Of a stretch of DNA of 64,000 nt, positions 13,037-24,927 are shown one piece after another. Made by a program: the position numbers and the translations under genes. Within the stretch, counting starts at the first letter, position 1; each line of letters starts with the position of its first letter. The notes under the pieces are model-generated. The model saw nothing but the letters and a program-made list of their open reading frames with translations, was not told the origin of the DNA and did no database searches. The stretch lies in the NCBI GenBank assembly GCA_047495785.1, contig JBLDXI010000055.1:1302001-1366000 (forward strand), written 5' to 3'. Source of the DNA: Lepidodermella squamata. Its lineage: Eukaryota > Animalia > Gastrotricha.

Positions 13037-13300
13037 ATGATGCTCAAGCTCGCTGTTCTTTTCGCTGTCCTCGCCTGCGCTACCGCCCAGTTCATCTTCT
13101 ACCCGAACTATCCCGGCAGCACGGCAACATCGACCAAACCTCCGAATGTCAACAACATGCTTTTAGCGGCTTTCAACTACGTGAATGCTGTGCCCAGAGT
13201 CGCTGCTGTTAACAACAACGCAGCAGCCATTGCCAACGCCAATGCTGCCAATGCTGCCATCTGGAACAACAACCGTGCCTTCCAGCCCTTTTTCGGATGA
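13037..13300 (+). CDS. Small secreted Asn/Ala-rich protein (family with 15264 and 16716)
   Basis: Signal MLKLAVLFAVLACATA then QF; TATAAATA at 12944-12951; AATAAA downstream. Confidence 0.75.
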   Translation: MMLKLAVLFAVLACATAQFIFYPNYPGSTATSTKPPNVNNMLLAAFNYVNAVPRVAAVNNNAAAIANANAANAAIWNNNRAFQPFFG

Positions 13301-15176
13301 ATCTTGATTAACCGAGAGACTATCAAAATATTACTGAATACCGAAAATATTATTTACTAAGATTTTGAAATAAAACTCAAGTCGGCAAAGCTATGTACAT
13401 ATTCCATCCCAATTATCCATCCTAACAGGGAGGATTTTATATTCTAAAAACGCAAATTGAATTTCTGTATAAAAACTGGCATACTTTCGGTATATTACTC
13501 ATGTTGTGGATTAAATCTGGAGCGCTGGGGTTAAGGTTTCCATCCAGCTGGCAGGATGTAAGCGTTCCGCTTTTATTTAAAAGTTCATCCATTTCATCCA
13601 TTGAATTAACTCTATGATTGTTTCGTGTCGTTTGGCTGAAAGCTGACTGATGTTGGTGTGCAGCAGGTTTTTTATAATCAATTCATCAAACAACACTGGC
13701 GTGTAGCCACTGAAGTCATATATAGTTTGAACGGCACCACGTAAATTAGCGGGGAAAATAAACTGTAAATATAATAATGTTTGTCGAGCCAAGAAGGAAC
13801 CCGCGTCTTGCGCCTTTGATATTACCGTATTGGCTGGCAAAGTCCTTGCGGCGTTGATGGCAGAGAAATAAAAAGGAATTTTTTGGAGGGATAATAGGCA
13901 TTTCTGATCAAAAGAGGAATCAGTTGGCAAAAGGCCGGATGTAATTGCTCGCCAGTTCTGGTAATATTCTGTAGCTGCTCCGCCTGCCAAGTTTATGGTC
14001 TTCTGTCGATGTTTAGCGTGACCTCGACTGCACTCGGGCTGCATAATGGCTTGAGTTCAAAAGGCGTCGACAACAGGGTACATCAACCCCCTATATAAGC
14101 TGAGACGCGCGCGTGCAAGAAGTGGAGGTATGAGGAAACTTTCCTCATCCCTTTGCATATGAACCCTTGAAGAACCATGCTATAATCAGACTAGTTAAGA
14201 CAGCTCAACTGGAAAAGAATGCGACGGATGTGTCAAGGTGGAAAGGAATGGTAACATTTGAATGTTGCGAGGTGCGGGAGATTTGTTACTTTTGGTGGAA
14301 CGATTGGTATGGCTAATCAATGTTGACTTCATGTTCAAGCGGCTTCGCATTTTAAAACTTCACAACTCAATTGAACCCAGCCGATATAGCAGGCACCTTG
14401 CTAATGCAAAAACCAGCGAAAGCACTCAACGCACCAGTTCAACCTTACTTCACACCTTTTCACGCGCCCCTGACCTCGAGTTCAAGCTTTATTAAACGAT
14501 CGGCCATCTGCAATTACATGACCTGTTTTGTTAAATCTTCTAAGGCTTTTATCCCTGCGACGACCCCTTCTGATTAAAGCAGCAGAAGTTTCTCGACTAT
14601 TATTCTTACAACACCTTGACTTAAGACACGCATGTATAGTTTTGATGGTGATAATAAAATTATTTCACGTGCTCAGCCTGTAATCTGTTCAATTACAATT
14701 ATGGGGGCGGTGAGCATTGGCGAGTCTGGCGCATGACTGGCGAGTATAGTCAAGTTATAACACGATTAGCCGCAAGTGGTCATTAAGGGATTGTTCGCGT
14801 GATTTTTTGCTCGTCAACAAAAAATTCAACCAAAAACAATGGACTCGTGTCAATGAAGCCGACTACCGAAAACGTTCGGTTAAACCGCAGGGCTAGCAAA
14901 ATGTGCTCGGATGAATTCCGAATAGATGCATCAACTATGACTCAATCTCAATGTAGTTGGAACACTGCTTCGGAAACTATTCAATTTTTAATGAATGAAG
15001 GCGTAATTAAAGCCATTGAAAATTAAAATACGTAACGGTGGACATTTTTTTGCCGGCCAATCCTACAATTCAGAAAGCAGAAGAATGCACCGAGACGAAC
15101 GGTGTACGTAATAAATCTCGTGTTAAAATTATAGTATTTTTTGCGCTGACCAAGAGAAATGTTACTGGGCGCCGGC

Positions 15177-15184
15177 TATAAAAG
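15177..15184 (+). promoter_or_regulatory. TATA box of the secreted G/A/N-rich gene at 15264
   Basis: TATAAAAG followed by GC-rich sequence, 87 bp before the ATG. Confidence 0.6.
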
Positions 15185-15263
15185 CGGCCGATGCGGTCGG
15201 CAGAAATCTCACTCCGCCTGTCGCCTTAAAACAACAACTTCGTTTTAACTCTCAGCCGCCAAG

Positions 15264-15869
15264 ATGTACAAGCTCGCCGCCGTCTGCGCTCTCTTCGCCT
15301 GCGCGAACGCCCAGTTCGCCTTTTACCCCGGTGCTGTTGTTGCTAACACCGCAGGTGCCTCGAACGTCATCGGAGCTAGCACCGGAAATGCCGCTTATGA
15401 CAACTCGGCTGCTGGTGCTGTAGGTGCTGGCACCCGCAATGCGGGCGCTCAGGGAAGCCAATACGCCACCGGAGTTGCTGGCTACGGCCAGGGTTACGAC
15501 AACGGAGCTGTTGCTGGAAACAGCAAGAACTACGCCCGCGACTCATCCGTCGTCGCTCTTTCTGACAGGTATAATTTCCAATTTCAATTCATCGATTCCG
15601 ATCTCATGCATTATTTTTTGCCTTTCAGCATTCGCGGTAACGAAGCTTCTGCTGGTGCTGGTTACAGCCGTGGTGCTGCCGCTGGCGGTGCTGCTGGTAG
15701 CAACGGAGCTCAGGGAAGCCTCTACGACAACGCTGCCGCCTATGGTGCCAATTCTGCTGCTCGCAACCTCGGCGCTGCTGGCTACGGAAACCTCGCTGGT
15801 GCCAACAACGCTTTCCAGAATAACTTCGGTGCCGTCAACGGTGGATTCTGGCCCAACCGCTTCTTCTAA
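15264..15869 (+). CDS. Secreted Gly/Ala/Asn-rich structural-type protein, one in-frame 60-bp intron (15569-15628)
   Basis: Signal MYKLAAVCALFACANA then QF; low-complexity GAY/GAAG repeats; GT..AG intron interrupts the repeat composition. Confidence 0.85.
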   Translation: MYKLAAVCALFACANAQFAFYPGAVVANTAGASNVIGASTGNAAYDNSAAGAVGAGTRNAGAQGSQYATGVAGYGQGYDNGAVAGNSKNYARDSSVVALSDRYNFQFQFIDSDLMHYFLPFSIRGNEASAGAGYSRGAAAGGAAGSNGAQGSLYDNAAAYGANSAARNLGAAGYGNLAGANNAFQNNFGAVNGGFWPNRFF

Positions 15870-16608
15870 ACAGTGCCCTAATCGTCACAGGCAATTTTCA
15901 ATAAAAAAAAGAAAAAGAAAACGATTATCAATGAGTGTTTTCAGTGTCACAGCCGCCTTTCTTATTTGCCTTTTGTTTTGTTTATCGGAATCAGCTCTTT
16001 CAAGCAGATAACGTATAAAGCAGTTTATTACAGAATTTCCATTTTGCTCTTGGCGTTTGGCGCTCAATAAGAACTTTCCAGAACTTTTCTCAGGTGTCAT
16101 AGCAGAGGTGGCGCCACTGAAAAAAAATGTTGGTATAGGCCGTGTGCTGATGCTAGCCAGCACTACAGGTGGCCATTAAAACTTAGCCACTACTGCTTAG
16201 CCACACAGAGAAGATGCGCCACGTAGGCTTGATAGCTAGCCTTAACGCCGTTATCTATTAGGGCTGCGGCTGCCTGTGTCGCGTCGACAAGCTTCCACAT
16301 GAAAAAAAATCGACAAGAACCGACCGCCGTCGACCGCTGTCGACGATACCGTAATATCTCGTTGAATTCCTACGCATTCCGGAACTAGTGACCAGACGCT
16401 GAAATCCGCTTGAAGATTATCGACTCCTTCATCTAATAATAGTTCTGTGCATGAACTATATAAGGATGCTATGTTGAATAATTTCAAGGCAATTATTCAT
16501 AGATCGGAGAAAGGAATCTTTACGGCTGTTGTCGACGGGCTGACATTTTTTTATCACACGACCGTCGACAAAAAACCAAACGAACTCGATTTCGCGTCCA
16601 CATGCGGG

Positions 16609-16617
16609 TATAAAAAG
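16609..16617 (+). promoter_or_regulatory. TATA box of the secreted gene at 16716
   Basis: TATAAAAAG about 107 bp before the ATG. Confidence 0.6.
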
Positions 16618-16715
16618 CCATCGACTGGCGTTGGAAAATTCACAGTTCAGTCGCTGTGATACTTCTCTCCCCTTTCAACATCTCGCCTCGAGTCTCAACC
16701 ACTGCCAGTGTTAAA

Positions 16716-17321
16716 ATGTTCAAGGCTGCCGTTATTTGCGCTGTTCTCGCCTGCGCCAACGCTCAACTATGGGGCAACAATTGGGGCAACAACGCCGGCT
16801 GGGGCTCGCTTGGTAATGCTGGTGGGTTCGGCAACTGGGGCAGTGCCGGCTACGGTAATGCTGGTGCTGGCAACGTTTTCGGTGCTAACAACGCCGCCTC
16901 AGCTGCCGGAAGCAAATTCGCCAACGGTGCCGTAGCTAATGGAGCTGCTCGCAACACGGCCAATGGCTACATCAACAGCGGATCCTACTCGCGTGACGCA
17001 TCCGTCCTGGCCGCCAGTGAGAACACCCGTGCTGCTGCCGGCAGTGCTGGAGGCAGCTACAACTCAGGAGCTTCGTATGGCGGTGCCGTCGGAAGCAATG
17101 GCGCCGCTGGCAATTGGGCTGGAAATAATGCTGTTGGTGGCGCGAGCAATGGCTACAACAACTGGGGCAACGCGGCCAACGCTAACCTCGGTGGCTGGAA
17201 CGGCTACGCCAACGGTGGCTGGAACAATGGCTTCGGTAACAACGGCGGCTGGGGTAACGGCCTTGGCTGGGGCAATGGCTTGGGCTGGAACGGCGGCTGG
17301 CGCCAGGGCCTCCTCGGTTAG
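16716..17321 (+). CDS. Secreted Gly/Asn/Trp-rich protein (GWGN repeats), paralog of 15264
   Basis: Signal MFKAAVICAVLACANA then QL; shared core YSRDASVLAAS..GGAVGSNGAAG vs YARDSSVVALS..GGAAGSNGAQG. Confidence 0.85.
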   Translation: MFKAAVICAVLACANAQLWGNNWGNNAGWGSLGNAGGFGNWGSAGYGNAGAGNVFGANNAASAAGSKFANGAVANGAARNTANGYINSGSYSRDASVLAASENTRAAAGSAGGSYNSGASYGGAVGSNGAAGNWAGNNAVGGASNGYNNWGNAANANLGGWNGYANGGWNNGFGNNGGWGNGLGWGNGLGWNGGWRQGLLG

Positions 17322-17567
17322 ACTGCGAGAGAGATAATCCTTCTTTATCCTGCCCTCTTCAACACAACTTCACCAGCAGTTTTCTATAAATAAGGATGCA
17401 CGTATCCTCTTAACACAAAAGGCAACGCCATAAAATGTAAAAAAAAGTGATATGAAAAAGCATACTGCCCTCGTTGATTTTTTCGACTGAAAAAAATCGC
17501 ACTTCCATCTTGTTTTCAAAAATGCACAAATAAATCTTTGGCAACTCATAAGTACTTGGCTTTTGTT

Positions 17568-18621
17568 TCACAGCTCAGTTTTACTCTCAGTTACCGGCTT
17601 ATCATCACATTCACCCGAGTTTTTCCAGTTCTTGCCAGACTTTTTCCGTTTCCAACCGAAGCATCTCGTCTTTCGGCTAGCATTTTCGCTCTCAGAATCG
17701 CTTGAATCTTCGCCTCTGGACACGATTGGAAGCGGCGGTCCTGCGGGCTCTGTCCATTTAACTTGATCATTGAAAACAGCGCTGCGCATAGACGGGTTTC
17801 GTTCCATTCGTTTGTTTATACGTCGCCAAATGCCCATCGTGCTTGGATAGCCGACTTCGCGGCGGAGTTTTGCGTTCTCGGCGCGAAGCTTGACATGATC
17901 AGCGAACAGCGTTGAGTTGTAGCGTTGTGCGAAGATTTCTTCAATTCTTGCCAAGCTGAGCGGACCTTCAATGACACCTTGGTTGTTCTTCATATAGACA
18001 TCGCCGCTTAAGGAAGAATATAAGGCGTGCTTATTGACTTCAGCTGGTTTCATTAGCACCTCCAGAACAACGCTGTTCGCGCCGCGAATCGGGATCAATT
18101 TCATCTATAAAGTTATCTTATAACATGACAAATTTGAAGTATAAATCGAAATTACGGAGAATTGATCTTTCGTGACCGAGGGCTCGAAAGCAGCAAAACA
18201 TTTGTCTATCACATCGCGAATAAAAGCTCGCTGTTTGTCATCGATCAGTTTAAATCCTACAACTTTGCCTGCCGAATCGCAGCCAAAGTATATCACACCC
18301 CCTTGCTCCGAGTTGAGGAGAGCGACACCTTGAACTGCCAAGGTGTCGCGGATAACTGATTTGATGAAACGGGCTGAAAAGTAGAAATGTTAAGCAAGAT
18401 ACTTGGAATTATCAGTCATTTCACTTACAATCAGTCACCTCTACGAATTCGAAGGCGTGTGGAAAAGCGCTGAGAGCCGTAGGGTTAACAGGTTCGTTGT
18501 ACACCAACACGTCTGGCGACTTGTATTGGTCTGTAAATTCGGGTTTTTGAGTTTTCGGACTGAATAAACCCTCTATTAAACCATCGCCTTTCAGCTTTAC
18601 AATAGCTTCCGCTTCGGCCAT
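17568..18621 (-). CDS. Schlafen/AlbA_2-domain protein 1 (SLFNL1-like), 3 exons
   Basis: Spliced (introns 18374-18428, 18105-18155): AFEF..VALLNSEQGGVIYFGCDSAGKVVGF..FEPSV..VLEV..LY..DVYMK..VIEGPLS..IEE; charged tail. Confidence 0.8.
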
Positions 18622-18944
18622 TGCTAATTCGGTGACCGCTAATTTTGCCAAGACGAAATTAAATGAGAGCTTTAAGAAGGATTTTTTTGCAATATTTTTC
18701 TTTGCTAATTTCAGAATAAACAAGTGAACTTGGCGCATGAATTTATTTATTTAAAGCCATTTTTAGAGAACATTTCTATATTTCTGAAGCTTACATTATT
18801 GGCGATCCATGTGGAGCTTAGAAAACTTTTATTTTATGAATTTTAATAACGATTTTTCAGGCAAATGATGGAAACTCTTAGAGGCTCGAAAGTGATCGGA
18901 GATGGACGTTTTTATTTGAACTATATCGGTGTGCATTTCTACTA

Positions 18945-19967
18945 TCATTTTCTCCTGGAGGAAAGTCGCATCCAGCTCAGCATGCGACCGAGTTTTGTTG
19001 TTCGCTTGCTCGAAGCGGAATCTGATGTTTCTTCAATATAATTTACGTTGTCTTTAGATGATACAACGGATCTTGCAAAGCCCTCATTATCGTGAGCTTG
19101 CTGGTTATTCTCAACGGGTCCACTCGAAAGGGTTCGTCGGGCACTTTGTTTGGCCTGGGCAATTTTTTGAAACAATCCTTCCTTATACTCGCCAATGGAT
19201 CGAACTGCAGTTTGCCACGTACTTGCACGCTCACGGACAAAACGCATTTGTTCAGCTTCGGTTTCCAAGTGCAGCATTTCCCCGTTTGTTTTGGTCCTGA
19301 TGTAAGCGCTGCCCCCTCGGCGCATTTGCACAAGCTGATATTCGCCTCCTGAGGAAATTTTGAAATATGGCTTGAAAATGACGGCCATCAAACACCAATT
19401 TGCTTGTACCATTGATTCCTTTGTTGGCCGAAGAACCGTTATATGTTGAACCTCAAGATAAGAAAAGCAATCGGCTGTTAACATATTTGAACCCCTCGAA
19501 ATACCTTGTAATGCTTTCCATGTTGAACTTTGGGATGAAAGTCACGGAAAGCTTCGTGGATTTGATTTGCCCATTCGGCAGGGCTGTTTGAATCCTTTGT
19601 GATAAGACCTTGCGCGACGCCATCCTTGTTACATCCAAAAATCAACACCCCGCCGTACCGTGAATTGAAGAAGCCATTTCCAACACGCGCAGTCAGGTCC
19701 CTCATTTCAGATAACGATGTTGCTTTATAAAATAAAATAGAGACAAACATGTTAGACCTGGCGAAATTGAAGCAGGTATCACTTACGATTGTTGGGGATA
19801 ACAAATTCGACGTATTTCTTGTCAGATTGTAAGTTTTCTAGCGGCTTTTCTCCCAATCGAACTTCTCGCGGTAACTTGTTGTTATCTGCCCTTAGCGTAG
19901 ACCGCTCTGGCATCGCATTTCCACTAATTTCAGCTGAGATTGATTTCGCTACGGGAGTTTTTGACAT
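18945..19967 (-). CDS. Schlafen/AlbA_2-domain protein 2, 3 exons
   Basis: YVEF..GFFNSRYGGVLIFGCNKDGVAQG..FHPKV..AYIR; same two intron positions and phases as its paralogs. Confidence 0.8.
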
Positions 19968-20692
19968 TTTGCATGGATGCCATCGTCAAAACTGAGGACA
20001 CACAGTGAATCCAAAATTTTAAGGTCCATCTTTCCAGGTTTTTAGCTCCAAGGGAAAAAGCCCGTTAAAGTGTTTATATAATGAATTTACAAATTTCCAA
20101 CCTGGATTTATGGCACTGCATCATTCTGTTTCCTGTCTAATGATTTAGTTGATTGCCACGGACCTATTGTCCTAAACGATTCCTTATCAAATATAGATTC
20201 GTAGCATTTATCTTTTCTAAAGAAGCGCCCGTATTCAGTTCTCACTCCCAACAGCATCCAACTTCTATGACTGGCACTTAATATACGCTGGCCAAATATC
20301 TGTCTGATTTTTTCGGACTCATACCTATCAACTAGCCAGTCAAAATGGAAAATTTCTCCTATGATTGAGGCTAAAAAACGATACAGAAATAGTGTTTCTG
20401 TATTCCTGTACAATACAGAAACACTTTTATTAGGATGGACTTTTTATTATCGCATTTTCCTATATAAATGGCGTACAAGATCACTTTTTCCCGCACTTTC
20501 TAGCTACGTTTCTCCGAGTTTTTAGCAGATACAGAGGAGAAAAGCAATCTCGGATTTACTCAGAATACAGAAACACGTTTCTTGTACTCATGACTGTATT
20601 CATCTTCGGTTCCTGCGGAACCTCGATTCATACAGTCATCCAAGATTGCTTAAATCTGAGATTTTATTTCAACTACTTGAGCGTGAGATCAA

Positions 20693-21130
20693 TCATTTTT
20701 TGGAGGATAGCATCTTCTTCAGCGATTTGGTGGGCGCACGATTGGACTCCGCTTTGTTCATCTCCGAATCAGCCAGCTGCTTCAAATTATTAACCGCAGG
20801 TGATCGTCGAATCATCGGCCTCGCCGGCACCTCAGCTTGGGCAGCTCGGTCGCTGGAAGCAGCATTCGCCATCGCAAACCCTCCAAAGGCAAGATCTTGA
20901 TATTCTCGCTGGGTCAATGTTGCCTTTTTCTTCGTTTCAGCCGCAGGTCGCTCCTCGCTGTCCGTGCGTGACTGATAGCATCCGCGAACAAATTCGGCAG
21001 CTGAATTAGCGGCTCTCGCCACAGGATTCTGCCTGGTTCGGGCGGTCGCCCTGGCTTCTTCTTGTTTGCTGACGTTAGTGTCCGATCGCGCGTTAGCTGC
21101 GTTAGACGTTGAAGCTCCAGATCGTCTCAT
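20693..21130 (-). CDS. Basic low-complexity protein, possibly related to the C-terminal tail of Schlafen protein 4
   Basis: 145-aa ATG ORF; NPVARAANSAAEFV..EERPAA and PAVNNLKQ weakly resemble NKISRAAAGFARRV..ENRPAS and PNLHNLKD of 24928-26068. Confidence 0.45.
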   Translation of the reverse strand: MRRSGASTSNAANARSDTNVSKQEEARATARTRQNPVARAANSAAEFVRGCYQSRTDSEERPAAETKKKATLTQREYQDLAFGGFAMANAASSDRAAQAEVPARPMIRRSPAVNNLKQLADSEMNKAESNRAPTKSLKKMLSSKK

Positions 21131-21510
21131 TTTGCGTGATGAGTTTGGCGAGTAAGAGTTTGGAAACGAAACTCGAAAATGAATTTATTGGCTACTGTTT
21201 TCGTGGCTGTTCTTAAATGTTAAATTTAAGTTGGATCTCTTATTTTTCCCATTTTTAGTTTTTATTTAAATACCCGCTTCATTTTGAGACGTGGAAGGGC
21301 TATTATTGCCTGTATCAATACCCGTTTTTAGCTTCTGAGTGACAATGTTTGAGTTTTCACCTTCAAATGATGTTTTGAACTCTTCAAGCTTTACGTTCTC
21401 TCAGCAAGCATTGCTTAAGTATGAGCTAAAAAAGCGCACGCGATTTCTCATTTTTTTACGATTTTTAATCAATCAATTCTTACAATTTTTGATTGAAATT
21501 ATTTGCTCAA

Positions 21511-23484
21511 ATGGGTTTCAAGCAACTTGTCAAGAGTAATAAGCGGTTTTACCAAACCAGCCGCTATTTATTTTTTGTTACATCACTTGGCTTGTTATGC
21601 TTACTTATCAACTATTGCGACGAGTCTCTAGTGGATGTCGACGATGACCATGTTGGCCACAATGTGAACGGATTTTTCGATAACTCGCCAGCGAATAGCG
21701 GCGAGAGTTCCGAACTCATTAACTCATTCATCGCCGAAAAGTTGCCAACGATCGAAAATGCCACCAACGCAGCACCTCAAGATTGTAAAACCTTCTCGAT
21801 GGCATCAGATGAAGTTGCCGGGCGTCTCGAAAGCAGAATAAGCGTTGTTATCCAGCCAGTGCTGAAACACGATCATTTCAATGAACTGGCTGACATTCAA
21901 GCTGCTTATGATTTGACTGTTGCCAGCGTGCTGGCTACAACTAGGCATGTGTCGAACAAACTCGACATTATTCTGCTTGATAATGGGGAATTTGGCCCGA
22001 TGCTGAATCAAATGGTCGAGAAATTTCGCGTCGTCAAAGCTCCACAGCTGAGGGCGGTCAAGCCGATATCGAACGATCGCGCTACTTTATTTCAAGATCT
22101 TATCGAGCTGGCGAGAGATGATGCCGACTTGAGGGGAGATTTCGTAGTTTACATTACCGCTGGAATGCTTGCTGGACCAGGCTGGCTTGACGCCATGTTG
22201 GCGCCGTTTTTCGATGCGAACTTCGGCCGTAAAAATTACCAGCCAAAGCAATCGCTTCGAAGGCCTGTTATCGTCGTCCCACAATTCGACGAACTTGATT
22301 TCAAGGCCATGTCCTACAAAGTCGAGAAAAAATCAGCTCGTTTGCTTTTTAAATGGAACTTCCAGCCGATGTGGTATCAGGTAAAAGTTTATTCAAATGC
22401 TTCTAGGAATATTGGTCTTTACTTCGGAATTTGCCAGGTTTCGTTCGAAGAAACTCTCAACCACTACACCGATGCTGATCTGGTGATGACTCCAACGTTC
22501 ATGCCCCATGCATTTGCTGTGAACAAGGCTTCTCACCTGTTCCGTGAATTGCTTCATTTGCTTCCAAAAGGCGATTCAACCACTCTCGACGCATCCATGG
22601 CGATTTACCGATGCATGAAGAACGCAGCGATTTACTCAGCACCCTGCGCACGCATTGGCTCACCCTATGTTTACGAATTTCTGTTGGAGCAACCAAGCCT
22701 TGGCGAATTCGACCCGAAATTTGTTGACAACCATCAAAATAAGGAGAAGATTCTAGTTCGACTGATCAGCGAATGGGTTGATGATAACAATCTTCGTAGC
22801 CTAACGTTGGCACAACTAGGATTGGAAAATACTGAGACTCCTAAAGCGAATCGCGAGTCATGCAGGTTGGTGGAGATTTTGTTTTTTCGATCCTGTTTAC
22901 AGTTTATTATAGGAACCTGCATTCATATTTGAGAAACTACGCACGCGAGACTGTCGTCCCAACTGGACACGTTGCGTCTGGAATATTTCGTTCGTCACCT
23001 GGAACGTGTTTCCGTTACTCAGTGGACCATAAACTCATTGCAGCCGATTCATGCGTCGTCGCAAGCGAAAACCACGTATTTTTTCTAAAATCAGGATAAA
23101 TCATTTCCAATAATTTCTCGAAATTAGATTTTCTACTTCGAGGAAGATGGGACGATTCGGACTCATAATGGTTTATGCGTTGTGTGGACAAGCGATGATG
23201 GCTACGCGATCGCCACTGTTTGCGCCCCGGAAAAGGATCCGCGTCACCAGACTTGGGATTATGACGAAAATGGAATGTTCCGCTCGCGGGTTCGAAACGA
23301 TCATCAGAACGAAACAGCCATGTGCCTGATGCACGCCAGCGATAGCGAGCCCGGTTTCGAGGGTCGTCAACTGCTAATGATCGGAGAGTGCTGGACTAAA
23401 TCGCGGCCTTATTTTCGATTCCAACGGTTCTCTCTGACTTATTCAAGCCAGAAAGTGAAGCGTAGCGGCGAAAATACTGCCTAA
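21511..23484 (+). CDS. Polypeptide GalNAc-transferase-like type II membrane protein with ricin-type lectin domain; catalytic DxH motif absent
   Basis: N-terminal TM; GDFVVYITAG..GWLDAML (canonical GDVLTFLDSH..GWLEPLL), VVPQFD, FKWNF, TPTF..AFAVNK, PCARIG; C-terminal Cys/QxW lectin exons (QTWDYDENG). Confidence 0.75.
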
Positions 23485-23576
23485 AATATTGTAACGTGAT
23501 AGCCCAAACAATGTGTTAACAATAAAACTTCTGTTAAATAAAACAGTCAAGTTGGGAACTTCATGCATTTTCTCGT

Positions 23577-24611
23577 TTATTTTGGTTTACTTCGTGTAGA
23601 TGAAGAGGTTGATGTTGAACGAATTCGACGAGATGGCCCTGCTGCGTCAACATTAGTTTCTTGAATTGATCCCTGCGAGCCTCGGGGCCAAGGTTCAAAC
23701 GTCTTCTCACGTCGATTGGAATAATACCGATTGACACAGGGCGTGCAAGTGAAAATGCATAAGCATTTGTGTATCCGAGATGGCTTCTTTGGTGGCGGCG
23801 GGAAGTGTTGCTGAAATTCATCGATCAAAGCCTCCTGGTCGTCAAAATTTAAAGGCCCCAGCACATAGCCTTGACAATTCCTGTGATAAGCTCTGCCATC
23901 AGGAGTTTTTACGAGAGCAACATAAGGGTTCGACCTATTTAGAGACATGTAATAAGGCCGAAATACGAGACATAGAATCCACAGCGGAGCTGGCTCGCCG
24001 CCAGTCATAAGTTTCCTGTCTTCACGAACTTCGATGTGCTCAACCTAAAAACAACTCAATGTCGACACGGCGTGGTATCAATGTTTGGCGACTTACGAAA
24101 ACTCCTGGAGCTTTAGGCCGCATTCCATCTAGCAAACCGAGTGGAAATTTATGTAATATGTGTTTTATCCTCGGCAACGTTGAATCGATACCAACAGCTT
24201 TGCCTTTCGAGTCGCATCCAAAAACTAACATTCCACCGTTGCAGGAGTTGTAGAAAGCACTTGCATGCATTTGCAATTCTTCGGCGAGTTCTTCAATATT
24301 AAGCCTACCGTCTTCAATAATCAAAATATAAGCAAAGCGCGTACTACTTATATCGTTAGCCTTTTACCCTTGATTAAAAATGGGACTTGCGAGAATTCGT
24401 AATTTTCTTTCGTCGCTTCAGGAAAAACGATCATACCTGGCGCAACAAAGTCGGGGACTCGATAACAGTTGACCCACATGTCAGACCGATTGTTACCCGG
24501 CCAATATCCTTTACAAGGATGCTCGTCAACATCGATCAATTCTTTAGTTTTTATAGGAGGATTTCCACTAATTTCAGCAAAAATTGAATTCGCTCCGGTA
24601 GTTTTTGACAT
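23577..24611 (-). CDS. Schlafen/AlbA_2-domain protein 3, 3 exons
   Basis: EATKENYEFS..SAFYNSCNGGMLVFGCDSKGKAVGI..GRAYHR..VLGPL; N-terminus MSKTTGANSIFAEISGN shared with protein 2; an in-frame upstream ATG at 24644 is possible. Confidence 0.8.
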
Positions 24612-24927
24612 TATGGATGGCTGCATTGTCAACAATGAGGACATTTAGAAATTTCATATCTTTAAGGCCGATTTTTTATTTTTCAGCTTCTATTATTATA
24701 TTTCATCCAAAATCGCCATAATTATGGTGATAAGAAAATCGGACTTATAGCTTGTGAAATCCTGCCATTTACCTATAGGACCCCGGGAGTATCTTATTAT
24801 ACTAATCTCAAAATGCATCTGAATTCATGCTCAAATAGTTTCATGAAGTCATGAATTAATTGGAATGTGATGTCTGTCAATTATTAAAGTCTAAATTCCA
24901 ATTGCAATTTGCACAGCTGAGTTTTTA

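Noticed and set aside
13577-14577. 155-aa ORF and neighbouring short ORFs as a gene or transposase
   Set aside because: No recognisable motif, signal or splice pattern.
15424-17337. Alternative-frame ORFs over the G/A/N-rich genes
   Set aside because: Shadows of biased codon usage in the real genes.
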